A stretch of DNA of 64,000 bases from Anthoceros angustus (GCA_010909165.1 MU008183.1:744001-808000); one strand, 5' to 3'; counted from the first letter of the stretch, positions 1 through 13,900 are shown. The notes: generated by a model not told the origin, from the letters alone. A program made the numbers and translations.

Positions 1-3000
1 CATCGCTGCCAGAGCCAAATATACGGTTATTGTTCGTGAAGACAAAATCAGAATCGTTCGATCCGCGTTGATTGCTGTCGCCGCTCATTTCACAATAACC
101 AGTCCATTGTTGCCCATAACCCTTTCTTCCGGCTGCCTTCTCAATTTTCAACTGAAATGCTTGGGGATTCTCTCGAGGTGCGTTCACATTCAGGTGCCAG
201 TGACCTTCGATCACCTCAACGTCATTCAGGGTGCTTCTAACACCATTGTACAGGGCCCGATACTGTGGCTTATCCAGATATTGCTTCCGCAGCTCCAATT
301 GGTTGCCGTCTGCATCACCTGATACCGAAAATGCAGGATCAACCTTCGGCTCTTTGAACCCAAATCGTCCAGCGATGGAAAGGAAACAGCAGTCTCGGTG
401 AGTTGGTTACCTTCCCAGGTCCACTCTCCGCTTGAATCACTACCAAACCCACATAACCTATTGCTGCTTGTAACATACAATTCTGCAGTCATTTCGAGAA
501 ATCGCCCATCTTGTTGGTACCATCCTTTCCAAACCTCCAGCTCAGTGACACCATGTGGGAGCTACAGAAAGAAAAGAAAATGAAAGCCACTATTAAGAAC
601 TCTTTTCTACAAGCTGTTCCAAAACTTGACAGATGACACTCATCAACAAGATCAAGTTCTAACCTCCCAACTCAACACATACCTGCACACAGCTTGAGAC
701 TGAGGGTGGAGAAAGTTCAGCACAGAAATCTCGTGTCTCCAACCGAAAGATCCCCTCTCCAGAATCAGAGACATTGACCCATTTGCCCTCCATGAGACTT
801 GAAGCCTGGAATCTAAGATATAATTGTCCCCAGTAAATGACATAAGGAGAAGTGTTGGGTTCATAGACCTTCAAGGTAGTAATCTTTAAAGTGTTTCCTT
901 CTTGAGCATACGTCCCTGCATGCCGACCATACACAGGGTCACAAAACGACCGGCTCACTTGAGCTAAACTTAGCCATATGACAATCCTCTGCAAGGAGGA
1001 CTGATCAATGTCCTGACAGTGAAGAAGAAATCATGCCATTAAGGAATGATTTGCAAGCTTTTGCTGTCAAGTAGAAGACGGAAAATGGACAATTTGATAA
1101 ACACCTGTGTGAGTGAAACTGCCCTCCATATCACTTCCAAAACCAAACATCTTATTATGACTGGTGAAAACGAATTCCGTGTCATCTGTCCCACGTCGAC
1201 CACTGCTGAGCTGCCAATAGCCTGTCCAAAGCTGTCCATAAGCTGTCTTCATTGAAGACGTCTCTCGCTGCAGGAAGAATTTTCCGGCATTCCTATAGTC
1301 GACCCTCCCATGACTTGTCAAAATTGACCAAGTTCCTTCCAATATCTCCTTCCCCTCTTCTTTGAAGCATTTTGTACCAAGATATCTAACACGGTGATCA
1401 CGCTTATTTATGTATTGCTTGTGAAGGAAGACTTGATGAATCCCAACATATTCACCTATTTGAACATCCAGTGAAACCCTCATCAGGAATGGATGACAAT
1501 TTACCATTTGCCATTGCTTGGACAAAACAAAAAAGCCACACACCTTCCCATGTCCACTGTCCAGCAGCGTCACTGCCATAGCCGCAAAGCCTGTTGCGGT
1601 TGGTAAGGTATAAAGCTGCTGTCATGCTTCTCTTCAATCCATCATGCTCATACCAGCCCTTCCAAGACTCGAACACACCTCGAATACGGGGGCTCTACAA
1701 ACATACAACCCACTGTCACTTCACTCCCTGTTCAACTAAAAGGGATCCAGCAAAATGAAGATTCAGAAACTCCCAGAAGAGAATGCTACCGAACGTACAA
1801 GTACACACCAGTCTGTTCGAAGACAAGGGGCCGGGAAACACTTCAGGAAATCCCCTCGTCTCCAGTCGAAATCGACCAGGTGCATTATGTGCTATGCCTT
1901 CCCAAATGCCCTCTAGGACTGTTGGAACCCCTGAAAACCCTCTGAACAGCTGACCCCAGTAGAGTGCACAAGTCGAATCAGGGTGTGGGTGGTCATACAG
2001 TTTCAAGAAAGCAACTTTAACCCGGTTACCTTCCTGGGAGTAGGTACCTGCCACAACAACCACACAACACAGGAATTGAGAGCATGAAAGACCAATTTGA
2101 AATCTATTGCCCATGACAGTTCTGAGCTAAAGAACTCACCTAGGTACATGAAGCGGCCACGGTAGTCTTTCCCAGAGCCAAATAGCTTGTTATGGCTCGT
2201 GAAAACAATGTCACTTTCCTCAGTACTGCAGTCAATCGCATTCTCATCCTGCTGCCAGTGGCCAGTCCATTGCTGAGCATGCCCTGCTTTCGGAGATAAT
2301 AAAACCCTTTCCAAATAAAATCCACCTTTCTTTTGATTGCTATCAATTAAACGGGTTTGGTCACCCTCCATGTACTCAGTCCCATTGGTTTTGAGATGTC
2401 GTTTGCCAGTGTACAGCACTTGCTTTTCCCGCTGATAAACATACTGCACTCGGAACTTCACATCATCACCTGAACAATGACCTGCTTACAGGCAGAAAAG
2501 AACAAAAGTTGAACGTGAGAAATCTTCCTGCTGGGCACAATGTGTTACAAGCCTTCTCCGTCAATAGCATTGTCCTCGTGTAAGATCTAAAGACAAGTCT
2601 AATATAGTTTCATATCCGAGTATTCTGGGCATCCAAACGTAAGGCAACTTTCAGCCACTGCAGTGTAAGTGCATGGCCTACCTTCCATAATCCAGTCGCC
2701 ACTTGCATCACTGCCATGGCCATACAACCTGTTTTGGCTTGTGACAAACATCTCCAGATACATGTTGAGGCTGTGGCTGTCAGATCGATACCAACCCATC
2801 CAAGATTGCAGCTCACCAGATATCTGGAACATCTACACGCACTACACAACATCAGAGGGCTGTTTGCGCAGCAAGAATCTTAAACATTCGACCAGCTCCT
2901 TCCCCCCCCCCACTTTGAATACCTGGGCATTCTCTTCCATATCCCGATATGACATGCCAGGCATGCTTGGTTCATCACGGTCCTTCAACATGCCAAACGA

Positions 3001-4439
3001 TGCACGGCCACGACTCCTTTGCTCCTGCAAGGAGCACCTTGCTGAAACAAGTAACTTGGTACAGCAAGAATCTGATTCTGCCCATTTGAGCACATTTTCC
3101 AGCATCAAAATGGCCTCTGCGTACTCCATCTGATCAACCTTCCTTACAGCTTCATCACGATATGCACGCCGGAGGCTCAAGTAACTAGTCTCCTGTTCTG
3201 GGAACATTTCAAACAGCCTCCCTCGGACATCCACATCATCACATATAATGAAAAAAGGATCACGGTTGTCGAAGGGCCCTCGAGAGACCTTGTTGTCGAT
3301 TATAGTCCAGCGATCATAGGTGCGACCATCATTACACTTGACAGGATCAACTAGCGTCTCCCATGTGAGCGGATCCTGGTGCCACCGAAGTTGCGTGGCA
3401 GACTTCTGCTCATGGCTTCTGGAGGCCCCATTTACCGTGGCCAAAACCTGCATGGTAAATTACTCGACTGGATCAGAAAGTGCTTTGATCATTGCAGACC
3501 ACTTCCTCTTAAGGACCACTGCACGAAACAGCTGCCAGAAGGCAATCTCAGAAGTTGCCCGTAACCCTTGACCTTACAGCTACCAATTCTGCGTGTACAA
3601 CGTAATCCGAATCACATGAGCAAAATCAGAGTTCTTACGTCATCAAGGAAGTCCCCAGAACAAGTGGCCTTGGCAACCTCCTCGATCCGCTTACACGTCG
3701 AGACATCCAAAGCAGGCTGTAACACGTAACGCAAAGCAGCAAGCCTCTGCGCCGAACAAGTATGCTCCACAGAGGCATGTCTCGAACGAGGTTCAGCAAC
3801 TCTCAATTCCAACAAACCCAGGCCCTCCAGAAACATCGCATCCCCTTCCTTACTAACAATATCTACCTGCATTCCCGCACTGCAAGTAAGCATCACGACT
3901 GGCCCCATCCCTTACCAGAAAACCGCAACCACAACAAATTCCCAAAATTCCTGCCTTTAACTCACATCTAAAGCGGTGATAAGAAGAGCAATCTGATAGC
4001 TATAGAACAAGCTCTCCTGAATCCTCAGCAGGTCTTGCTCAACGAACCCTAGACCCGACCCTAGCACAAAATCCCCCTTGTTCAGCTCGCATTTCAGAAA
4101 CTCGGCAGCTCGATCCAGATTAGTACGCAACAATCCTGCACACAAAGCCACAGACAAGGATGACTCGTCCTCCTTCCCGCAGGCAACAAGAACACAAACA
4201 CCACCATTTGCACGCATGCATTGTCCCGCACCAAAACTGAGAGCCGACGGCCTGCTGCCGATGACCTTGTCCCGCAAAACAGGCAGTCTGGCCTCCAGCT
4301 TCTTGGCGAAGATATCAATCTGCAGCGCATTGCTGGATTCCGGGAGTTTCTCACTGACGAGCGCCTTGCAGCGTTGCAGGAGGGCGTGGAGCGAGTGGGC
4401 AGCTGCAACCACCTCAGGCGTGCTGCAGAGTTCCATCAT
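1..4439 (-). CDS. U-box-like protein: N-terminal helical region + U-box-like domain + TPR-like helices + three tandem modules of paired beta-rich repeats; 3' end lies beyond the window start
   Basis: Phase-consistent GT-AG exons: 4439-3966, 3866-3639, 3447-2923, 2823-2682, 2481-2140, 2047-1809, 1694-1544, 1455-1105, 915-683, 561-411, 318-1. U-box-like motif DPLTWETLVDPVKCNDGRTYDRWTI. Repeat motif W.G[WYH][YWC]...(F/Y)(V/L)T..N(R/K)(L/M/I).G.G.D..G occurs six times. Confidence 0.75.
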
Positions 4440-4783
4440 CCCCTCCGCCGGATGCTTCACCGGGCCGGATTGGATTCGATCAGCGGTCCGGATCCCGAGC
4501 TTCGGGCAGCGAGGAACTGGCGACTCTAGATTCCTTTCAGCCACAAAGGCAACTTGGGTTTAGACGCCTAAGGAGGAGACGAGCTTAATTTGCCTTGTGG
4601 GCCAGGCAATGCGAACGACTCCAGGGCGTTCCTGGCCACTCCCTGGACTACTTCAACATTTTCACCTCACGCTTTGCTTGCCCGGAACAATAATACATTG
4701 ATAAGTCTCCACGCTCTCCGCATATCCCCTTCCCATTTTCAACTCACTGGCTCACATACTCCTGTAACCAGCTATACTATAGA

Positions 4784-4878
4784 TTTGATACTTCGCCCAA
4801 TGTTGGAGCACCTACAACAGACGTCTTTCGTTTGATACTTCGCCCAATGCTGGAGCACCAACTACATACGTCTATCGT
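4784..4878. repeat. Imperfect 47-bp direct duplication upstream of the U-box gene
   Basis: tttgatacttcgcccaatg(t/c)tggagcacc occurs at 4784 and 4831. Confidence 0.8.
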
Positions 4879-5856
4879 TTTCCTATAACACTATAACCGG
4901 TTCCCACAAATCGAGGTTCTCCAACCCAACCAATGGAAGCGCCTTTTATCTCTAGTTCTGTCAACACAAGATAAAATGCTATTCCTTTAATAATGAAGCA
5001 AGCCAACCTTGAAATGTTACAGTTCATACTATTTGTACATAATATTTTAGAAAATAATTTTTATTTTAAATATAATAATTATTTTTATAATGATAATATT
5101 TAATCTAGCATCTTGTGGTTGTGTCATAACCAATCATATTCAAGTAAAAGAGCACAAACTTGCACAAATTTCATTATAAGAAACGGACTAGTATAAGAAT
5201 CATTGTAGCTTAATACATAATGCTCGATATAATATTTAGCCCAAGATGGATTGTCTTAAGACTTAAATTGAGTCTCTGGGGTTTGGAATCTCTATATTTT
5301 TAAAACCACAGCGTTTTTCGGCATAATCAAAAGACAGATTGTTCCTCGTGTTATGATCTTCCTACCTCTCATTTTTTTTGAAATAAATCAGAAAAAATAA
5401 AAAAACACTCATTCCGAACCGGGCCGAGTGACCTAACCAACGGTAGGTAACTAAAGGTTCCAAGAGAGTGCATTTCTTTTGGGATCGTTGTCCCACCAAT
5501 TTGCGCCTCATTGTGAGCCTGCGCCACATGTTACGATGTAGAAAGCCAGCAAACCAGTTGTCAGGAGTCTTGCCATGGCATTGATCGTACTTCGTTCCTC
5601 CCCCAATGGAAAGGCCATCACCTAGTCCCCTCGCCAGAATGAAACCATGTAGACAATCGATAAAAGAAAATCACGAGGTCTTGTCGAAACTTAAGTAGCT
5701 TCAGGTGTAGATCGGGTGCTTTGCGGCCTTTGGGTTAGCTAGCACCAATGCACATTCATAGCAGACTTAATGGAGACTCGGTGCCTCGTGATTCAATAGA
5801 CCTCGTACCTGTCTATACGCAAGGCAGATGTCTATGGTTAGCAGCAACTTCACACA

Positions 5857-6068
5857 ATGACTCTCTACATAAGTGCTCTCGTTATGTAAGGACCCTGTTA
5901 CTCCGCGGATGCGTGTGAGCAATGACTCTCTACAGAAGTGCTCTCATTATGTAAGGACCCTGTTACTCCGCGGATGTGTGTGACTCGTTATGTAAGGACC
6001 CTGTTACTCCGCGGATTTGTGTGACTCGTTATGTAAGGACCCTGTTACTCCGCGGATGCGTGTGAGCA
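5857..6068 (+). repeat. Tandem array of four units (spacings 65, 41, 41 bp), each containing TGTAAGGACCCTGTTACTCCGCGGAT
   Basis: tgtaaggaccc starts at 5885, 5950, 5991 and 6032. Confidence 0.9.
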
Positions 6069-7894
6069 TCTGGCGCGAGTGTATTGCTAGGTGTATAGGG
6101 GGGACGTTCATGAGGGGTACGAGTATTGTGCTTAGGGGCTCGAACAATGTCCATTGGGGTGAGGTGAGTGGGATGAGGCAAATGAGCGAGACCTTTTCTT
6201 AAGTTACATTTAGCTTGAATGGTGATGGCATTAATATTCATGCCATCACCATTCAATATGGGACAATATTAATGTCACAATTGTCCATTTGTCACAATTG
6301 TCACAGTGACATCATTGACTTAGTAACTGTCTGTTCTTGCAGAGAGTGTCGAAGCTCGAAATCTCTAGTATTTGTGTGAGCATGTAGCAGGGTACCTACC
6401 AAGCTGTTGCTGTCCCTAGCACAACGGTAGTAGGCTGGTGGCACCTAGCAAGTCCATGCACTAGTGGGTCCATGTGAATCCAATGATTGCTCGGCGATTG
6501 TAAGTTTCTGCATAACTTACCGTAGGTACTTCTCATTCGCCGCCTGTTGCCTGAGGGAGAGAGGGCCTGAGAATATAACTGTCTGCATTGTACCATTGAA
6601 GAGTGAGTAGGGGCAAGGGCCCTTAGGCTCAAGCAGGCCGGTTACCTTAGTGAAAGGAGTAGTTAACAAAGACTTGCACTACTAGGAAAACTGCACCTTT
6701 ACTAACCGCAGATTTGTAGAGAGAGGAGATAATGGGGCACGTTTTCATTTTACTATAGGTGTCTTGGGCCCATGTATTATTTTTCGGCATAACCTGGACT
6801 TTACTATGGGACTTCACTATGGGGGTTTTATTACCTGGGTGTTTTCGCCACGGTTTATTACTGTAACGTAACAGCGGTGAATGAAGTTTACTACGATGGT
6901 CCTTTCACTTTACAACAGAGCATGAGACTTTACTACGAGGTTTTGTGTTTTACTACATGATGATTTACAATGGGACACACTTATTTTACTACATGGTTGT
7001 TTACAATTGGGGTTTGACTTTTACAACAATACTATTTACAATAAGGCACTGTACTTTTTCTCCACAACGTGATTTTATAAATGACGCAGTGGAATAAGTG
7101 TATAGTAACAGGTTTAGTTGTTTTAATGTGGAAGGGTCTGCTACGGGTGAATGCGACACTTACAACGGGCCGGCTTTTACCATGTATTGTAGTGGTTTAC
7201 ATCAAGGCCTTTGTGTATGGGTTCAACTCTAAACCCACATATACCTAATTTACCCGAGAGTTTACTGGGTAGGGGTTACGGGATTTAGAATCTGTACTAA
7301 GGGGAGTTTGGGCCGAACCGTGCCTTTATGGCATCCCACAAAAGCCTCATGGTATACCGCTGAGCTTCTACCTAATCCAGGAAACCGGGCATCCACGACA
7401 TTGCTATCATTATCATGGTATCAATTTGAGAAAGACACCTCCCCATCACCATAAACCACTGTCCGAAATCCAAAAACTCAGCCTTAGTATGGAAACTACT
7501 CATTATCCTCCGGGCATCCTTTGCGGACATAAGCGGGTCGAGGGGGGAGTTGCCGTATCGCCTATGCATCGGCAAAGGTTTGGCGCATGTTCGTCTCGCA
7601 CTCGGCACCACACCCCACCCACCCATCACCGGACGCTATGGCCATTTCAAATCCTGTAACTCACAACCAGAACTTGCATTATGCCATTCCATTCCCGTCT
7701 TCAAGATATGGACGGGGATGGCTTGCTACGGTTTCTACGACCCCATGCACTCAAAGTCCCTCGAGAAGCTATTCACTCAAAGTCTGTCGGCAGCGCATTC
7801 GCTCAACGTCGAGAAAGCTGTTGAGAAGGCTACCATGGCCAAAACGCGTATGCACCGGCAAGATACGAAGTTGCAAACAAATATAGCAGACATT

Positions 7895-8285
7895 TTCTTT
7901 GTCCATAGTTCACAATTTGTGCACATTCTTTGTCCATAGTTCACAATTTGTGCACATTCTTTGTCCATAGTTCACAATTTGTGCACATTCTTTGTCCATA
8001 GTTCACAATTTGTGCACATTCTTTGTCCATAGTTCACAATTGTGCACATTCTTTGTCCATAGTTCACAATTTGTGCACATTCTTTGTCCATAGTTCACAA
8101 TTTGTGCACATTCTTTGTCCATAGTTCACAATTTGTGCACATTCTTTGTCCATAGTTCACAATTTGTGCACATTCTTTGTCCATAGTTCACAATTTGTGC
8201 ACATTCTTTGTCCATAGTTCACAATTTGTGCACATTCTTTGTCCATAGTTCACAATTTGTGCACATTCTTTGTCCATAGTTCACA
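7895..8285. repeat. 31-bp minisatellite, about 12.5 near-identical copies (atagttcacaatttgtgcacattctttgtcc)
   Basis: Head-to-tail copies without spacers. One copy near 8040 lacks one T. Each unit contains the palindrome tgtgcaca. Confidence 0.97.
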
Positions 8286-9869
8286 GTTCACATCCTAATA
8301 GTAAAAAAGGTTGCATCGAAATCTATGAGTTATCCAAATCTGTCACTAAGTGATAGCCTAGAGAGTGAGCTATGCAAACTATTACCAAACCTTGAGCAAA
8401 TGTTAGTGGAAACCTGGATATCTTCCATGCTCCATTCTGCCATTTAATAAGAATGGGGTGCGGGGGCTCAGGGGTGGGATGCTTCCATCGGTCACGATTC
8501 AAGCACCCAAATAGGCACCAACCTAGAAGCCAAGCAAACAGAGGCACCCGAACGGTTCCTGATGACCCCCAACCTCTTCATAAACCAAGAACGCGGAAAG
8601 AAGTGGATTTGTGGATGAGTTACTATGATCATCACAGCTGGTGTCCATTCGAGGATTTAGAGGCTCTGAGGAGGCCTTTAACTCAATTGGTAAGTACTGA
8701 AATCTTCGAGTGGACAGCACAGTGTGACACAGGCTTCAAGTCACTACGGACGCATTTGTGGCTACATCAAATAACTGCCGGAGTTGAAGCATTGGGGCTT
8801 GTGGAGGACGCAAGGTGTTTGGAGAGGCGGCTCACTAATCATGGAGAGTTGCAGGTGTTCTTAGCAGCGTTACAAGTCTTTGGGAGGAGCAGGGAATATG
8901 CGGATTGGTACAAGCTCATCCATCCCCTTATCATGTTGTTATAGAAAGACGTGGTTTTCTGGAAGTGAACACATGACTGCAAGGTTGGATGGGAAGTTTT
9001 GTAAGGTTCTGGCGGCAGCCCGAGTATGGCCGGCACCCGGGTGCTGACCCCAGAAGTTGAACGACCGGAGGCAACTTCGGCAGAAAGCTCAAGCGATGTC
9101 GGGAGGTTAGGGCAAAGGGCCAGAGACAAAGATTATTAGAGTTGAGGAAGAACTAGTCAAGTCTTTGGCAAAATTGCTCCGAGGGTTTAGAGGAGGTGAG
9201 GAGTCAGAGCTGGCTACTAAAACAGAATACAAGACATGAAAGCCGGAAGCCGAATCTGGGTTGTTGATATTGAAGAACGCATTGCAGGGGTGTGAACTTT
9301 TCCAAGCTTGTCTCATCGATTGTGCACTGTGAGTTGTGTGATAACACTGCTGGGTGGAGAGGCATGCATCTTTGGAGACCGACAGGATGGAATTTGGAGG
9401 AGGGGCCATCAAATAAAATGATCAAAGGATTGCGGATCCTTGCGCTCAGCCATGCGTGTGCCAGCTGTACGAAGCAAGGGTGAAAATTGCACATGGGCAT
9501 CCCCATATCCTTGATTACGAGACATGCTGATTTTAGGGGTGAGCAGCGAAGGTAGGAAGTAATACATCTACAGGTCAAATGTGATTTGTATGGAGGGCAT
9601 GCCCTCATCCTGGTTGTGAGGATGGCCCTTGGTGGCATGGTGGTTGTATAAATGAGTAGGGCTGTTAAATCCGAACTAAGTAGAAGGCCAACACCTAGTC
9701 CCGGTAATCTCGTCATTACCTACCCCGCCCGAATTGCTGTGGGTGCTGCGGACAAGGCCATACGTTGCCTTGCCTTGGTGCTGCATGCCCTCTCTGAACA
9801 ATGGAGGAAGCTGTGCATATCTTCACCAATACAAGTACTCAGGAGTCGCTTCTGGCCGGTACAGAAAAT

Positions 9870-10076
9870 ATGGAGCAAGATTCGGATGATGATGTGCTGC
9901 CAGGGAGTGCTAGGAAATATGCAGACGCCACAGGAAAACGTTCGGAGGTCATCACTTGGACCGAAGAAGCAACTGCGACTTTAATCAAGGCATATATCGA
10001 GATGCAAGTGGTCCACCTCAATCGCGGCACTGGTAGTCGAATGGCTAAGCCAACGAGATTATATATCATCGTCATT
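9870..10076 (+). pseudogene. Myb/SANT-like (trihelix or Harbinger-type) DNA-binding domain fragment
   Basis: ITWTEEATATLIKAYIEM resembles helix 1 of Myb/SANT-like domains. The rest of the domain is not recognisable. Confidence 0.3.
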
Positions 10077-10932
10077 AGGTTAGGCCACGGGACCCGGCCC
10101 GCTTATCATGCCGACCTAGCCCGCTTATCATGGAGGGTCATAAAGCCACGGTGCCGTTCGGTGCTCACGGCGCTGTGAGGCCGGCTATGCCCGTAGTTAT
10201 GCTATTTTCGGTAATCTACCAAAGCATTAAAGGCGCACTGCGCCGTTCGCAGTTCGCTTGTCGTCTTTGATGTGAAAGGCTCATCAAGCCTGCATTTCTA
10301 GCAATAAACAACACCCTAAGCTGCCCATCAAAATCCCAAGCGAAAAAAACCTTGGAAAATCTTGGGAAATCTTACCTTGATTTCCCACACTTCTTGCTCA
10401 TCCTCTACTCTAACTCTATGGGCTCCAAGCTGCTGCCCCTCTTAGTCTGCGGTCCGCAACTGGCTTCTCTTCATCCAACAAGATCATCTTGGACCTCTTT
10501 GCTGCGGTGCATGGACAAGCAAGATGGCTAGACAAACATACATTGATACTTAGCTGTTAGACTCGGAGCTAGGGCATGACACATCAAGGCCACAGTAACG
10601 CGGTTGGTCTGTAAGAAAACAAATAGCGACGAAGCCAGCCAGCCAGTACTCAATGAACAGAATGTGTACTCGGAGGCATGCTTCTCGTTCCACTTTGGTT
10701 TCACTCTTCAGATCTCAAGTGCACGATTTTCTAGGTGGGTGCCAAGAGGCCTTTATTGCTGTAGGCACATTCCCGAATGCTGGCCACTATACTAAGCTAA
10801 AAGCACTTCTCTAACATTATTCTGCACGTTCACTTATCATGACCGAAGAATACATATGAATTAATGTTACAATGCGATAGTGTTACACATTTGTACAAGC
10901 AACTGTACATTCCGAAGAGGCCAGAGATTGCA

Positions 10933-13900
10933 CTATCTATCCTCCCTAGGGCTGGAGAGTTGTATGCCGGCCGTAAAGTTTGTTTTATAGGGGGAATGTA
11001 CAGCTCGGAGCTCGCTCAATCTCCTTTTTTCGCCAGCTATTCTGGTCTGTAGTGCAGCTTCATGGTCAGAGATGGTTGGGATAATTTTCATAAACAAACG
11101 GAAATGAAATGTGGGAGGATATTACCGTTAATCTTATGTCTGACAGTTCCCTCTCTGCCGTATGAAGGCGATCTTCAAGCTGGCGCAGAGCTTTGATGGC
11201 TATGGTTGAATCAACTTCCGTCGAAGGAGACCCTAGTCCCGCGGCCTGGGTGCGGGAGAAATCAAAAGAGACGTAAGGTAAAGCAACAGATCCCCAAATT
11301 AAGCAGAGCCGCAGCTGTTGCTGCTGCCTGATTCCTACCTGCATTATGCTGGTGCATAGGCCAATGAGTGTTTGGGCTATTTGAATCCTGTTGTCCTCTT
11401 CCTCCTGTACCAGATGCAAGACGCTTAGTCCTCCGTTACTTAAATACAGATGGCGAAACATCTGGTGTGTGAACGCTGGGAGATACCTTCAGTTGGTTTT
11501 TCAGGCGTTGTTCTTCATCAATGTTTAAGAATGGCTTCTTTCCTTCGGCAGTACGGTAGCGAGCGAGCTCATCACTCACTCTCGCTAAAACTGCTTCCGT
11601 TCTTCGAAGTCTGCCGGTCAGATCGTCGTTATGTACTCTCAGCTGATTGTTCTCCTCCTGCAATACCCACGCCAAAACATGTGAGTCCAAATGAACAACA
11701 ACTCCATAATTACGTGTTTGGTGATTGTTGGGTGATGCATCACCTTGATCTTAGCATGATGGTGAATTCGCTGCTGCAGATTTTGCTGACCAGAGAGCTT
11801 TTTCACCTCGCCTTCCAATTCTGTAAGCCGTCTCCGCTGAGCACCATTTTCTGCCTGCAAGGTGAAAGACGAGTTGCTTAGCCGTGAAGATTTAGGAGCG
11901 GTCAGGTTGCCTAAGAGACCGGAAGATATAGATCTTATACCAGCAGTCTCTCATTGTCAGCTGTGAGTGTCTGGTCTCGCAGCCTCAACTTCTCAGCAGC
12001 AACACGAGCAGCCACCATCTCAGCCTGTCGCCTATTAATCTCTTCCAGCCAGCTGCACAACAGAAAGGGACGGTAAGAGAATGCGGAAGTTGGCATTTGG
12101 AATGCGGAAGAGGCAAATGCCTTTCTTTTACCTTTCCCGTTCTTCTATGAAATCGTTCAGTTGAGCCCTCACACTTTCTAGCTCTGTTTCCTGAACAAAC
12201 AACAAACAAAATTCTTAATGCTTCTGCTTCCTCGCACAGGCATGAAAGCTCAGGTGGATACAGAACAGGGCTTGAACCTTCTCTCTTGCTTCGTCACTTC
12301 GCTTACGCGCAGACTCTGCAATTTGCTGAATCTTCTCCTGGCTGAGAACAGACTGTATGAAGAACATTAACTGTCAGCACACATCCCCAAGCACAAAGGA
12401 TGCACGTCCCCACCACGGGACAGTGACTTACAGCATAGTTCGTGATGTCAAGTTTTACACCCAGGAGATCTCTCACGACATCATGAGTCATACTTTCGGC
12501 TTCAGCAAGTCGTGTATGTAACATGAAAACCTGCAAGGCAAGGTGCGTTGGCAGGGGCCCAATCGTTGCGAACAGCAAAAGCCGAGCTGACAGTGAGTTC
12601 AGTACCTCCTTTTGCCTTGCTGCGGCTATGCCCTCCAACTCTTCAATCCGATGGCGGTTGGCGTACAGTTCTTCATCAATGTCTGAGTGCATCTGTTGCA
12701 CGAGCCCTTTTCCCCCGCACTTGAATGGGGATCCTCCACCTTTTGTCTTGATCATTGCCCTCTCACTTGATTTGCTGGAAGATTGCTGAAGCGTGATTGG
12801 TTTGGAGTGCTCCAACAAAGATTCAAAGTGTTGAATCTGCAAGTCGGAGAACTTAAACGACCACTCATGCGCTTGTTCGAGAAGCTTTTCAAGAAGCATT
12901 GCAGCTGTTGACCAACCTGTCCACTTTTTTCTTCGAGCTCCTTTCGAAGTTGGTCTGCCTCGTTGCGAGACTGCAAGAGCAGCATCTCCTTCTCTTCAAG
13001 AGTCCTAACCATGGTTTGCCACGACATCAGCAAAATGTGCCACATGAAAGAAATAGGAAAACCGCAGACGATTCTTCCGGCAGCTCCGGCAGACCTTTCT
13101 AGCTCGTCCGTCATAGCCCGTGCTTCTCTGAGATCTTGGACCCTCTGAGCATTTCTGTCTTCAGTGCTGGCTTGGACGATGTTCATATGGTGCTTCAGCG
13201 ACTGCAGCTCCATTTCCAAATCCTCTCTTAAGATGCGCTGCCTTTCTCCTTCTCTTTTCACTATCCCGACCTGGAATTTAGGACCTGGTTAGGCAAAGTG
13301 TGCGAACACTCTATGCTGAAAGCAAGAAACAAGAGACTGTCGCAAGGCTTCACCTGGCTCTCAAGGGCATTCACAGTACTCTCTAGTTCCTCCACTGATC
13401 TCTCTAGCAGTCTAGCTTCGGCATCTCGCTCTTCAGCTCGAGTTTTACTCGACTCCGCCATCTGAAGGGACTCGGAGTTAGAAAGGAGCTCAATGGCAAA
13501 GCAATCTGTTCCCGGGGTGGAAAAGTTTTTCACCTGACGAGCTTCAGAAGCGAGGGACTCCTGCTCCTCAGCAATTGCGTGGGCCATTTCAAGCTGTTCA
13601 GTGAGCACCAGCAACTCGGCATGAAGCCTATCCCTCTCCTTGGTCACATGATTCAACTCTTTCTTCAGAGATCGAGCCGTGTCCTGCTCCATGGACGTGA
13701 CATCGAGCAACTCCATCTCCAAAGCTGCAATAGACTGTTGTTTGTCCTCCAACTCATCCTCAAGAACATCCTTTTGCCTGCGCAGACCATCTACTTCTTC
13801 CTTCAGTGCCGAAGCCTCTGCTGCAGCTGCCTCAGCCAATTCATTTGCTTGTTCGAGCTCCTTTCTCAAGGAATCGACCGACCTGGACTTGGCAGCAAGT

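Larger units (their letters stand above)
6032..10200 (+). mobile_element. Putative degenerate LTR-retroelement/TE block (Gypsy-like LTR start, no intact pol)
   Basis: Starts with TGTAAGGACCC (LTR-like terminus). Degenerate PBS-like tggtat after ...cctca near 7350. Internal minisatellite and only short ORFs without recognisable domains. No matching second LTR found. Confidence 0.3.

Noticed and set aside
3448-3638. Apparent premature TAA (3460-3462) in the U-box gene
   Set aside because: It falls within a 191-nt phase-0 GT-AG intron that joins exons 2 and 3 cleanly.
6677-7194. CACTA element (CACTACTAGGAAAA at 6677 plus degenerate tttactac subrepeats)
   Set aside because: The candidate right end (...ttgtagtg at 7194) matches poorly and there is no 3-bp TSD. 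A separate CACTA-like end at 46810-46822 has no partner either.
7895-8285. CRISPR-like array (repeat length of 31 bp)
   Set aside because: Repeats are head-to-tail with no unique spacers, there are no cas genes, and the context is eukaryotic.
8323-9716. ORFs of 100-170 aa within the TE-like block
   Set aside because: No gag, RT or transposase motifs recognised, and frames are interrupted; treated as decayed TE sequence.
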